A stretch of 36,658 nt of DNA from an uncultured Nitrospinota bacterium. GTDB lineage: Bacteria; Tectomicrobia; Entotheonellia; J063; CAVPRW01. Every line of letters starts with the position of its first letter. Position 1 is the stretch's first letter. Below the pieces are notes generated by a model. The model ran no database searches. It was given only the letters and a program-made list of their open reading frames with translations, and was not told where the DNA came from. The stretch is taken from assembly GCA_963707985.1 (NCBI GenBank), contig CAVPRW010000038.1:1-36658 (forward strand), given 5' to 3'. Of the stretch, positions 1-10,045 are shown piece by piece. The position numbers and the translations under genes are program-made.

Positions 1-46
1 TCGTACGGAGGAATCGTATATCACGGACACCGCACGCCACAGTTTC

Positions 47-700
47 GTAAGCGATCACCTGGGATACCGAGCTACGCGGCGGAGCTGAACAGTGCCTGTT
101 TGATGCCAGCAGGGGTGGGAAGCAGGAACTGGAACAGGTTCCCCACAGAGCGCCGCCTCGCAGGCGGCCTGCAAACATAGCCAAGGACGTGGCGAGGCCG
201 CCGCTTCAGGCGCGGCCACCACCGCGACCATCGCTTCGACAACGGCGGAAGCCTTCTTCGGCGCCTCGGGCTCCGAACGCTTCCCTTGCGCCAGAGGACC
301 CCTGGCCGAATCGCCCGCTCAGCGGCGTTGCTCGTGGGCTCCACCCGCTCTCGCGACGTACGAACGTCCACAGGGCCTGCCGCAGCTGGAACAGCTCCCG
401 GCAAGGGCCCTTCCGCCTTGGGCACCCCACACGTTTGGCCCGCTTCCGCCGCCGCTCCACTTCCTGCCGCACGGGCCGACATCTAGCGGGCAGGTCCGGC
501 GGGCCAACGGCCCCTCGCGGACTCGATGCCACCACTGGAACATCTGCCGGGCCTGTCCCCAGGCTTCCCCACTCGCGGGAGCGTCCATCTGCGCTCAATG
601 ATGGCTTTGATGTCCCGCAGCAGATGCGCCCAGCACACCTGCCGTCGCCACGGCGGGTACCAGCAGAGCCCGCTCCAGCGATCCGCTCACCGACCACCCC
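47..700 (-). mobile_element. IS66-family element, 3' part: frameshifted transposase C-terminus plus terminal repeat
   Basis: Minus-strand fragments WYPPWRRQVCWAHLLRDIKAIIER, RQALWTFVR and VEPTSNAAERAIRPGVLWRKGS are IS66 TnpC motifs. GTAAGCGATCAC at 47 resembles an IS66 end. Many indels; similarity stops abruptly at ~700. Confidence 0.85.
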
Positions 701-917
701 CGTGTTGCCGCTGGACGACCGCCTGTCGGAGCGCTTCGATTTCTTCGAAGCGGAGAAGTACCACATCCAGTCCTCCGAGGCCCTGTCCAAAGGACGCGTG
801 GAGAAGGCCGCGTTGTTCCGTTACAGCGTCGAGCCATTCGACGTCGGGACGGAGAACGTCGCCGTTCCGGAGGAATACAAGCCGCGGTTCGCCTTCAAAG
901 CGGGATTGAGCAGGTGA
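700..917 (+). pseudogene. 3' fragment of an unidentified protein gene
   Basis: Protein-like tail of ORF 189..917 (PVLPLDDRLSERFDFFEAEKYH...FAFKAGLSR) with GC3-rich codons, starting at the IS66 breakpoint without a start codon. Confidence 0.45.
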
Positions 918-1031
918 AGATCGAGTTCGGCGAAGAAGTCGTATGGTCCGACAGCATACGACGAGCGTCGCGAGCAGAGCTGTACCGCTGGCCCGTCATA
1001 GGGAGAAGGAGGAGGGCCTTCACGGAAAACC

Positions 1032-2626
1032 TTGAACCCGGTCACCGACCATGCATCGTATTGCCTGAGAACGGCGATGATGGCTATACCCGCGGCGGCT
1101 CTCATCTACAGTTCGGCGCAAGCGCAGGAGAGGAAACCCAATATTCTGGTCATCTTCGGCGACGACATCGGCCAATCGAACATCAGCGTCTACACGCACG
1201 GCTTGGTGGGCTATAAGACCCCCAACATCGACCGGATTGCGCGGAAGGTAATATGACGTTCATCGACTATTATGGTGAGAACAGTTGCACGGCCGGTCGC
1301 TCGTCGTTCATCACCGGGCAGTTGGTGTTCCTGACCGGCTTGATCGAACAGTCGGTGCCCCGGGCGCCACCGTGGGTCTTCAGAAAAGAGGACATCACCA
1401 TCGCCGAGGCGCTGAAGCCGCTAGGCTATGCCACCGGGCAGTTCGGCAAGAACCACTTGGGCGACCGCGATGAGTACCCGCCCACGGCGCACGGGTTCGA
1501 CGAGTTCTTCGGAGCCTCTACCACCTCGACGCGGAAAGGTGAGCCCGAGCGGCCTTACTACCCAAAGAACGACGCGGCGTTCGTCAAAGGCTTCTCGCCC
1601 TGGTGTCCTCCACTCGTTTGCCGACGGCAAGACCGAGGACACCGGCCCCCTGAACCGTACGCGGATGGAGACCATCGTCGACGAAAACGACGCAAGCCCT
1701 GATCGAGTTCATGGAGCGCCAGGTCAAGGCCGGAAAGCCGTTCTTCGTCGCGATGAACACCACACGGATGCACGTGTTCACGCACGTTCGGCGGGAGTAT
1801 GTCGGGAAGCGGCATGCCCGGCAACGAATACGTGCCGTACGGCATGTGGGAACACGATCAGGACGTGGGTCTGCTCCTCAAGGCGGTGGACGACCTTGGG
1901 ATCGCCAACGACACGATCGTCATCTACACCACCGACGCCTGAAGATATTTTGTAGCCCGACGCCCCGCGATGTCGCCGTTCCGGAGCGAGAAGGACTCCA
2001 ACTGGGAAGGCGCGTTCCGGGTGCCGGCGATGATCCGCTGGCCGGGCCGGATCAAGCCCGGCGAGATTCCCTCGAAATGGTCTCGGAATGGAACGGTTTC
2101 CGACGCTGTTGCGGCTGCCGGCGACAACCACCCTGGTGAAGGAACGGCTTTTGACGGGGATGGGGAGGGCACAGGCAGGAGGGCTCACCTACAAGGTGCA
2201 TTTGGACGGCTACATCCTGCCCTACCTGGAGGGTAAGGAACCGAAGTCACCACGAATGAGTATTACTACTTCAACGACGATGGCGTCCTCGTGGCGATGC
2301 GGAATGAGAAGCGGGAAATTCGTATTCTCGCGAGCAGCGGGCTCCGCGGAACCTGAATATCTGGCAAAACCCGTTCACGCGTCTGGCTCCCGAAGGTGTT
2401 CAATCTCCGGATGGGATCCGTATGAGCGGGCTGACATCACGTCCGACCAGTACAATGACTGGCTCGTCAAACGGTATCTTACAGCGCCCAGGCTACGATG
2501 AAGGCTGCGGCATTCCTCGAAGCCTCTGGCATACCCGCCCAGGCAGCGGCCGCCGAGCTTCAGCGTGGACCAGATCATGGAGGACGTTATGAAGAGCTGA
2601 TCGAGCAGGAGAAGCAAAAGCGCTAA
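1032..2626 (+). pseudogene. Arylsulfatase (Cys-type formylglycine sulfatase), multiply frameshifted, possibly by sequencing error
   Basis: Signal peptide, KPNILVIFGDDIG, TPNIDRIA, SCTAGRSSFITGQ (CxxxR motif), GQFGKNHLGD, HGFDEFFG, WEGAFRVPAMIRWPG and DPYERAD distributed over several frames. Confidence 0.9.
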
Positions 2627-2796
2627 CGACTGAACCTTGTGAACGAAGGCCCGTGAGTCAATCGGGCTCCAGGCCGCGAATGGGTGGCGAGCAGCACCGT
2701 CCTCGCGATGCTCGCGTTCAGAACTCTCGCATCGGGAACCGCCGCGCGGCAGATCAGGTCGACTGATCAAGCAGCTCTCACGGGTGGTCGGGGTCG

Positions 2797-3105
2797 ATGT
2801 CTACGCGGCGGTACGACCAGCGTGACGCGTTCTTCGCCGGGTTGGCGCGTGCCGCGCAGCCCTTCGCGGCGCTGGAACCGTTGAAGTCATTGAGCCCGAC
2901 ACGCACCTATCCCCTCGGTAAGCAGGCAAGCGCTAAACCTCTGCAGTTCCCCGATGCGCCGAAGGTCTACGCGAACACGCTCGAACCCTTTCAGAGCAGC
3001 GCCTTCGGCATGCTGGCACACTTCCTCCAGCGCGAGAGCAATATCGAAAAGATGCGGCACCCCCTGCCCGCGAAAGCTCTAGCCACACCAGTCGTCAGCG
3101 CTTGA
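2797..3105 (+). CDS. Hypothetical protein, probably a C-terminal fragment
   Basis: 102-aa ORF with protein-like composition, no RBS and no recognisable motif. Confidence 0.3.
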   Translation: MSTRRYDQRDAFFAGLARAAQPFAALEPLKSLSPTRTYPLGKQASAKPLQFPDAPKVYANTLEPFQSSAFGMLAHFLQRESNIEKMRHPLPAKALATPVVSA

Positions 3106-3530
3106 TAGGCGACAAAGGTTCCTCGCTGTTGGGTTCCCCTGTCCATCTCGACGCTGCTCCCTGTGCTGTCAAGTCCCATGAGCGCAGGAGCAGCTGCCTA
3201 CCACGACAAGTTATACCTGCCCGGGAACCCCATTGGCTTGTAATCATTCACTCGGTAAGGCGGGTCAGTCTCCGACCCTGACAGACTATCGAGCTTGGCG
3301 CCCAATGGCGTTACCGCCGGCATTGACGTGTCTCCTATCGTTCATTTGCCGTGGACGAAAGGACGTCTGCTAGGCGCCAGATGACCTCGTCAGTGCTGGT
3401 GCGACGGTCAAGTCTGCCGGGTAAAGGACGATAAATCAAGAGAAATGGTCTCCTCTGGACTCTTCGGTCCGCTTCTCCTGTTGAGACCTCACCTTCCAAG
3501 GGCTCATCAACAACCACGAATTGAGAGAGT

Positions 3531-5246
3531 ATGCAGATGATGCAGGTAACTGTGTGTTGGCGAATCTATATGCTGTCGATGGTCATCTTCGCGTCGCTCT
3601 GTGCCAATGGCCTCGCTGTTCCCCAATCAGTGGTGGGGCAGCCACTTTCTGCCTCGATGTCCCAACAGCTGAAGATCCGGATCGCAGCTGTCGGACGCCT
3701 CCCCACTATGACCATTCGAAGTGAAATACTCGGCGCGCGCGCGCCCCTAGTACGTTTCTACGAGTCCCAAGGGTTTCAACCTCTATGGATTGGTGATGAG
3801 GGACCGCTGCCGCAGGCAGATGCCCTTGTGCAGGGGATCCGTCAGGCAGAGCGTCAAGGTCTCAAGCCTATGGTCTATCATCTGGCAAGCATCGAACAGC
3901 TCATGACAGCGCTCGGACGGCATGACTCACATGATCAATCACCGAACCTGCACACCTGGGTTGATCTCGAATTGCTGCTGACCGATGCCTTCTTCATGTA
4001 TAGCTCGCATGTGTTAACTGGCCAGATCAACCCCCGTGACATCAAAGAGGAATGGTTTGAGGAGAGGCCGCAGGTTGACCTCGGGGCCATCCTACAACGA
4101 GCCTCGGAAACCGGCCGTGTCTCGGAGTCTCTGAGCAACATGCGACCCACCCATACCGGTTATGCTGCATTGCAAAAAGCCTTGGTCGCCTATCGCAACA
4201 TGGCAGCACGGGGCGGCTGGCCAGCCATCCCGGATGGGCCGACGCTCCAGAGAGGGGCGCACGGTCCACGTGTGGCAGCGTTAAAGAATCGACTACTGCT
4301 TACCGCGGATCTCGATCGAACTTCAGAGGTGGTCGACGACGTTTTCGACGCTGCACTGGAACACGGCCTGCAACGATTCCAGGAAAGGCACGGACTCGAC
4401 CCGGACGGCACAGTCGGAACCTCGACATTGGCGGCGTTAAATGTCCCGGCGCAAGCTCGTGTGGCTCAGATCGAGCTCAATATGGAGCGCTGGCGCTGGC
4501 TCCCGCAGACCTTGGGGGAGCGCTATATCCTCGTCAATATCGCCAACTTTACCCTGGATGTTGTCGAACGAGATCAATCGGTTCTGGCGATGCGAGTTGT
4601 GGTTGGGAAGCCTGCCCGACGAACGCCATTCTTCAGCGCTGAGATGACGTATCTGGTGCTCAATCCGCATTGGTACGTGCCACCAACGATCGCCATCCAG
4701 GACAAGCTGCCATTGATTCGGCGTGATCCGGGTTACCTGGCACGACAGAATTTTAAATTATTCCGGCACGGCGAGGGAGGAGCCACCCGTGTCGATCCCA
4801 GGTCGATCGATTGGTCGTCTGTCAGTGCCCGGAACTTCCCCTATCAGCTGCGTCAGGATCCCGGGCCGCAGAATGCTCTTGGCCGTGTGAAATTTATGTT
4901 CCCAAACCCATATCATGTCTACCTTCACGATACCCCTGCACGCGAGCTATTCGCCAACACTGAACGTGCCTTCAGTTCTGGGTGCATTCGTCTCGAGAAG
5001 CCTATGGAGCTGGCTGAATATCTTTTGAGCGATGATCCCCAATGGTCCCAGCAAAAGAATCTTGTCAGCAGTAAGCGAGGAGTCGAGCAGATTGTCCCCT
5101 TGCCGACTAGCATCCCGGTGCACTTATTGTATTGGACCAGCTGGGTCAAGGAAAATGGCGTCGTCCATTTCCGTAAAGACATCTATGACCGTGATAAGGT
5201 GCTGGACAAAGCTCTCCAGGAGATGCTTCCCATATCCGAAGGGTGA
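3531..5246 (+). CDS. ldtD: Murein L,D-transpeptidase, YcbB/LdtD family, with scaffold and peptidoglycan-binding domains
   Basis: 571 aa. PG-binding segment (LQRGAHGPRVAALKNRL...FQERHGLDPDGTVG), NMERWRWLP, VVVGKPARRTP, NALGRVKFMFPN, catalytic YLHDTP...FSSGCIR. Confidence 0.93.
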   Translation: MQMMQVTVCWRIYMLSMVIFASLCANGLAVPQSVVGQPLSASMSQQLKIRIAAVGRLPTMTIRSEILGARAPLVRFYESQGFQPLWIGDEGPLPQADALVQGIRQAERQGLKPMVYHLASIEQLMTALGRHDSHDQSPNLHTWVDLELLLTDAFFMYSSHVLTGQINPRDIKEEWFEERPQVDLGAILQRASETGRVSESLSNMRPTHTGYAALQKALVAYRNMAARGGWPAIPDGPTLQRGAHGPRVAALKNRLLLTADLDRTSEVVDDVFDAALEHGLQRFQERHGLDPDGTVGTSTLAALNVPAQARVAQIELNMERWRWLPQTLGERYILVNIANFTLDVVERDQSVLAMRVVVGKPARRTPFFSAEMTYLVLNPHWYVPPTIAIQDKLPLIRRDPGYLARQNFKLFRHGEGGATRVDPRSIDWSSVSARNFPYQLRQDPGPQNALGRVKFMFPNPYHVYLHDTPARELFANTERAFSSGCIRLEKPMELAEYLLSDDPQWSQQKNLVSSKRGVEQIVPLPTSIPVHLLYWTSWVKENGVVHFRKDIYDRDKVLDKALQEMLPISEG

Positions 5247-5338
5247 GAACAAGGTTGAGCTTGTCTCTACACGCCAATAAGAGGGATGCTGAATTCTAAT
5301 GTTTCGTTCGATTTTCGCAGAGCAGATAGGTGTATTAG

Positions 5339-5785
5339 GTGATGAATATGGATAAGTATGTTCTTGGATGTATATTGTTCTTTGTAGGAATTTTTTGTAC
5401 TTCAGTCTTTTATCCTTCTAGAATCTATCAAATCAACACAGATAATTACCAAATCATCGATAGAGTGTCTAATGGACTAAAATCCCATGCAAACTTTACC
5501 GGAAGGCAATTCTTAATTATCAACCAGGATCCATTCGACTGGATCGATGTCAATCTTTCGATCAACCCCAGGACACGCGAGAACCTCGTTGTCGAAACCT
5601 CCCTCGAAAGCGGTGCAAGGGTTTTCGCCATTCCACGCATCAGAGCAGGCGAGGTGTATACGTTACAGACCGACAATCTCGCCGCGCAGACTCTTCCGAG
5701 CCTTCAAGACTCGCCGACACAGACCTATGATTTGCGCATCTTCGCCACAACGCCATGGGGGCAGAGCTCATGGGATGGTCGTTGA
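5339..5785 (+). CDS. Hypothetical membrane-anchored protein, AT-rich 5' part
   Basis: 148-aa ORF with an N-terminal hydrophobic helix (YVLGCILFFVGIFCTSVFY), same strand as ldtD. Confidence 0.6.
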   Translation: MMNMDKYVLGCILFFVGIFCTSVFYPSRIYQINTDNYQIIDRVSNGLKSHANFTGRQFLIINQDPFDWIDVNLSINPRTRENLVVETSLESGARVFAIPRIRAGEVYTLQTDNLAAQTLPSLQDSPTQTYDLRIFATTPWGQSSWDGR

Positions 5786-5795
5786 GAGAGAAGCC

Positions 5796-6620
5796 CTAGC
5801 TGGGCTCCTGCTCGGCATCTACATGGCATACACCGGCTTGAAGTGATGGCCCATGCCGGTCAGTGAACAGCGCCGAAAAATCGCGATAGGGTTTGAGACA
5901 CGGCGGCCCCTCGGCATGGAGATAACGGCTAGTGGACCAGTCGTTACCGATGGCCAGTACACTGGAGGATACCGTCCCATACTCTTCTGAGGCATGCACA
6001 CAGATCGCACGATTGCCGCGATGCTCATTCGGAGCATCCACGATGCGTTCAACCTCCTGATGCCCTTGGCACACCGCCTGAAAAGCAGTGAAAATGGCGT
6101 CTAACGATCCAGGAGCCGGGTCCGACAACAGGTCACCTAGGCCCAGCGGCATAAGCCGCGAGAGATCGATCAGGCTGGAATTGGTCAGTAGGTACCGCCC
6201 CGGATCGAGTTCCCGAATCGTGATATCCTCCTCGTTAGCTGCCACATAGGCATGCTCGACATCAGCCCACATGAAATAAAAGCTGTTATAAACCTGCGCT
6301 CTCCCCTCAACGATCAGGGCATCTCTGGCAGCAAGGGCGTTCTTCTGACACAATAAATCGCGACACAGCAGTCCTCGCGACCGCCTGGAGGGGTCCTGTG
6401 GCTGGCGCGAATGGCGATTCACGATGCCGACCAAGAGACCAAACTCGTTGACGCCGAGCCAGGTCCCGCCCGCCTGTTCATCAGTGCCGGCATAAACCCG
6501 CGGATGTGGCTGGATCAGGTGCGGCGCACGAGCCCTGCGGGCGTATTGCTCATCACGATTGGCAGCCACGACGATCGGATAGTGCTCCAACAGTTTATAG
6601 TAAAGAATGAGTGTACACAT
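5796..6620 (-). CDS. NRDE-family (TANGO2-like) protein
   Basis: Start at MCTLIL (ATG at 6620), followed by VVAANRDE, AGGTWLGVN, SRGLL and YGTVSSS. Confidence 0.92.
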   Translation of the reverse strand: MCTLILYYKLLEHYPIVVAANRDEQYARRARAPHLIQPHPRVYAGTDEQAGGTWLGVNEFGLLVGIVNRHSRQPQDPSRRSRGLLCRDLLCQKNALAARDALIVEGRAQVYNSFYFMWADVEHAYVAANEEDITIRELDPGRYLLTNSSLIDLSRLMPLGLGDLLSDPAPGSLDAIFTAFQAVCQGHQEVERIVDAPNEHRGNRAICVHASEEYGTVSSSVLAIGNDWSTSRYLHAEGPPCLKPYRDFSALFTDRHGPSLQAGVCHVDAEQEPS

Positions 6621-7003
6621 GCTCAACAACCCTCTCCGTGAGACTCCGATATCCGCATCCACTGCAGTAAGTAGAAAGCTGGCTCTATCGGGACCGTCGT
6701 ATGCTGCAACAAGCTGCATGAAAAGATCGACAATGACCACAGTCCTGACTTCAGTTAACAGGCCTGGGATAGGATCAGGGCTGTAGTATAGCGCACCCTG
6801 GTTTTTTCTTTCTACTCTGACCTATCTTCGTTACAATGCCTTCCTATGGTACGGTTTCTCCACTTCAGGACACTCTAATCCTCGCCGGCACCGTTTCTCC
6901 ATTACTTCCCATTTTGGCAGTGTGGAGGCCATATGGTGTGCCGTCGCGGAACTCAGCATCGTATCAGGTGAGCTTGGGCACCCGTGCTGGAGGGTTGTCG
7001 CCT

Positions 7004-8938
7004 GTGACCGATCGAGATCTTGGCATGCATCGCCGTATCACCCGGCGCGACTTTCTGAACGGCGTGGCTCTGGCTGTCGGCGGTGCAGCCATCTTCCCTC
7101 CCTGGGAGGCGGTGCTCCTGGAGGCTGGGGCGGGCGACCCGTCCGCGTCTGCGCAGACGACTGGACGATCCGTCTACCCACCTGCACTCACCGGTCTTCG
7201 CGGCAGTCATGCCGGCTCGTTCGAAACGATTCACGCCCTCAAAGACGGAACCTTCTGGGACACGGCAGGCTCGATCGTTTCCACCGGGGAAACATATGAT
7301 CTCGCCGTGGTCGGAGGTGGCATCAGCGGCCTCGCTGCGGCATATTATTTTCGCCAAGCTGCGGGCAAGAAGGCCCGCATCATCGTCCTCGACAACCACG
7401 ACGACTTCGGTGGCCACGCCAAGCGCAACGAGTTCACCGGCAATGGTCGTCTCTACCTCGGGTTCGGAGGGACGCAATCGATCGATAGCCCGGCGCCATA
7501 CAGCCCGGTTGCGAAAACGCTTATCGCCGAGCTCGGCATCGATGTGTCGCGTAGCGTTCAGGTGCTCGACCGCAATCTGTATGCCGGGCTCGGGTTACAA
7601 CGCGCGTTCTTCTTCGATAAGGAAACCTTTGGGGTCGATCAGCTGCTGAGCGGATACTCGCGCCAGCTGTCGGATGAGTTTCTGCGTGCCGCACCGCTTT
7701 CCGAGTTGGTCAAGCGCGATGTCAGGCGCCTGCTCTCAGACCAATGGGATCCGCTGGCTGGATTGTCATCTGCTGATAAAAAGGCCCGGCTCGCGCGGAT
7801 GAGCTACGCGCACTTCCTGACACACGTGTGGCACCTTGATGCCGGCGTGTTGCCACTCTTCCAGACACGCACACACGGACTCTTCGGTGTCGGCATCGAC
7901 GCCGTCCCTGCCCAAGATGCTTGGGGGCTTGGTTTCCCCGGTTTTCAGGGCATGCAGCTCGACCCGGCCGCCGGGCCTGGACAGAACCACGATGCCATTC
8001 GCCAACCAGAGGCGGAGGACTACTTCTTCCATTTTCCCGATGGCAATGCCTCAGTGGCACGGCTGTTGGTTCGACGCTTGATCCCTGGCGCGATTCCTGG
8101 CACTAGCATGGACGATGTCGTGACGGCACGGGCCGACTACGCTCGATTGGACATGAAAAGTTCGCCGGTGAGGCTGCGATTGAGCAGCACGGTCGTCCGG
8201 GTGCGGCATGATCGGCCTGGAGCATCAGCGACAGGGGTGGAGGTGGTATATGTGGAGCACGGTAAGCTGCACCGTGTGTGGGCCCGCGCGGCAGTGCTGG
8301 CCTGCTGGCACAGTGTCATCCCCTATCTGTGTCCTGAGCTGCCTGAGCGTCAGCGCGCAGCGCTGGCCTATGCCATCAAGGTACCGCTAGTCTACACGAA
8401 CGTGTTCATTCGCCAGTGGACCGCATTTCAGCGTCTGGGCGTGCACGCAATTGCGTCCCCAGGTCTCTGGCACACCTCGGTGCGCCTCGATGCACCGGTC
8501 AGCCTCGGGACATACCGCGCACCCCAGTCACCCCATGAGCCGATCGTGCTGCATCTGTCCAAGACCCCATGTCAACCAGGGCTAGAGGCGCGTGCACAAC
8601 ATCGCGCTGGGCGCATGGAGCTACTGTCTACCCCATTCGACACCATCGAGCGCCGCATCCGTGAGCAACTCGTGCGCTTGCTAGGCAGCGCTGGCTTCGA
8701 CCCGGCTGACGACATTCTGGCCATCACCGTCAACCGCTGGCCACACGGGTATGCCTACCAATACAACTCGTTGTCGGATCCATTCTGGCTCGCGGGCGGA
8801 GAACCACCCTGTCTGGTCGCGCGGCAGCGCCTGGGGCGCATTGCCATCGCCAACAGCGATGGGGCAGCCTACGCCTATACCGATGCAGCGATCGATCAGG
8901 CCTATCGAGCCGTGCACGAAATTCTTGAGCTCCGTTGA
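7004..8938 (+). CDS. Tat-exported FAD-dependent oxidoreductase, spermidine dehydrogenase SpdH-like
   Basis: GTG at 7004 after GGAGG. DRDLGMHRRITRRDFLNG twin-arginine leader, VVGGGISGLAAA, DNHDDFGGHAKRNEF, HFPDGNAS, ITVNRWPHGYAY, IANSD...AYTDAAIDQA. Confidence 0.88.
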   Translation: MTDRDLGMHRRITRRDFLNGVALAVGGAAIFPPWEAVLLEAGAGDPSASAQTTGRSVYPPALTGLRGSHAGSFETIHALKDGTFWDTAGSIVSTGETYDLAVVGGGISGLAAAYYFRQAAGKKARIIVLDNHDDFGGHAKRNEFTGNGRLYLGFGGTQSIDSPAPYSPVAKTLIAELGIDVSRSVQVLDRNLYAGLGLQRAFFFDKETFGVDQLLSGYSRQLSDEFLRAAPLSELVKRDVRRLLSDQWDPLAGLSSADKKARLARMSYAHFLTHVWHLDAGVLPLFQTRTHGLFGVGIDAVPAQDAWGLGFPGFQGMQLDPAAGPGQNHDAIRQPEAEDYFFHFPDGNASVARLLVRRLIPGAIPGTSMDDVVTARADYARLDMKSSPVRLRLSSTVVRVRHDRPGASATGVEVVYVEHGKLHRVWARAAVLACWHSVIPYLCPELPERQRAALAYAIKVPLVYTNVFIRQWTAFQRLGVHAIASPGLWHTSVRLDAPVSLGTYRAPQSPHEPIVLHLSKTPCQPGLEARAQHRAGRMELLSTPFDTIERRIREQLVRLLGSAGFDPADDILAITVNRWPHGYAYQYNSLSDPFWLAGGEPPCLVARQRLGRIAIANSDGAAYAYTDAAIDQAYRAVHEILELR

Positions 8939-9129
8939 TACGACTCTACGCAGGGTCAGTCTGCAATACACTGCGGATTCTAGGGACTGACGCATAAGAG
9001 TCGAACCGACCAGCATTAGCGATCACACCCCACCGCTCGCCGGGTCATGCCCTCATCTCATCTAGGCCAGGCCTCCTCACCATGCCTACAGTAGGAGTCC
9101 ATCATCCATTGCCTGAGTCATAAATGGCC

Positions 9130-9158
9130 TTGACATAAATATTCGTTTATGTTAGTGA
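9130..9158 (+). promoter_or_regulatory. Putative sigma70 promoter overlapped by a palindromic operator
   Basis: TTGACA at 9130-9135 and a weak -10 (TAGTGA) 17 nt later. Inverted repeat TGACATAAA-N6-TTTATGTTA (9131-9154) lies upstream of the ABC operon. Confidence 0.55.
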
Positions 9159-9488
9159 AGAGGCCCTTAAGGTCTTTCTTGCAGACAGCTTTCCATATGG
9201 GAGAACGCGCGAATGAAGGTCCATACCATGGTGGCTCGCTTCCTCTGGAGGCCGCAACTCCTCACACGCTCCCAGACCTCTTCCTGAGGCACGGGAGCCC
9301 GCACGTCACGTCATCCCTCTGCCTTGTTGTTGACGATACATCGAGGGGTTATGTGTAACTCTCCATTGGAGAGATTCCCCATCGACGTCCTGGATCACAT
9401 GCCTATACAGGAAGATTTCCCCATCCTGGTCGGACTCTGAACATCGCTTGTAACCACATCGTCGTGGTTACAAGGATCTGGAGGTTCG

Positions 9489-9982
9489 ATGGTCGTGCAC
9501 GAACAATCGAGGCTGCGCTGTACTTTCTTTCCTTTGGCTGTGCTCTTCGTCATACTTATCATGGTTACGTTTACCGCAGCCGCAACAAGCACGACAGGCC
9601 AGGCCAAGGTGGACCGCCTGGTAATGGGGTTAATCACCCCCTATCTGGATTATACGCGCCCGTGGATCAATGGCACGGCCGACCACAATATTCAACTATA
9701 TTCAACATGACCCGATGCTCGAGTGGCTCGTCGAGGTCGATCCGGAGTCAGGACAGTACATGCCATGGTTGGCCGAGAGCTGGCAGGTGGCCCCAGATGG
9801 ACGGTCATGGACCATGAAGCTGCAAAAAGGCGTGCAATATCATCCCACTGTGCAATGTGTTTATCGAGGTCATCGTCGATCCCAAGATCGTCGCCGACTG
9901 GCCGTTCCCCGGCTGGGATGGGGGCGATATCGGGCATACCTGGCTGATTCAGGCGTGCAAGCAAGCGACACCCTGTCGGTAG
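9489..9982 (+). pseudogene. Family-5 ABC substrate-binding protein pseudogene (10-bp duplication plus large internal deletion)
   Basis: The N-terminus (signal peptide, HDPMLEWLVEVDPESGQYMPWLAESWQVAPDGRSWTMKLQKGVQYH) joins directly to a C-terminus (IPLCNVFIEVIVDPKIVADWPFPG...CR*) homologous to the ends of the downstream paralogues. Confidence 0.85.
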
Positions 9983-10045
9983 CCATGGCCCTATGGTCAT
10001 CGCCACCTGGCTGAGGCTTATGACGAAGCAATAGAGGAGGGCAGC

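Noticed and set aside
6621..7003. N-terminal extensions called by the ORF track for NRDE (6740) and the SpdH-like gene (6836); likewise NHL (25288)
   Set aside because: Family N-termini and RBS positions favour starts at 6620, 7004 and 25180.
8980..8998. CTAGGGACTGACGCATAAG, resembling an isolated IS end
   Set aside because: No partner repeat or transposase sequence nearby.
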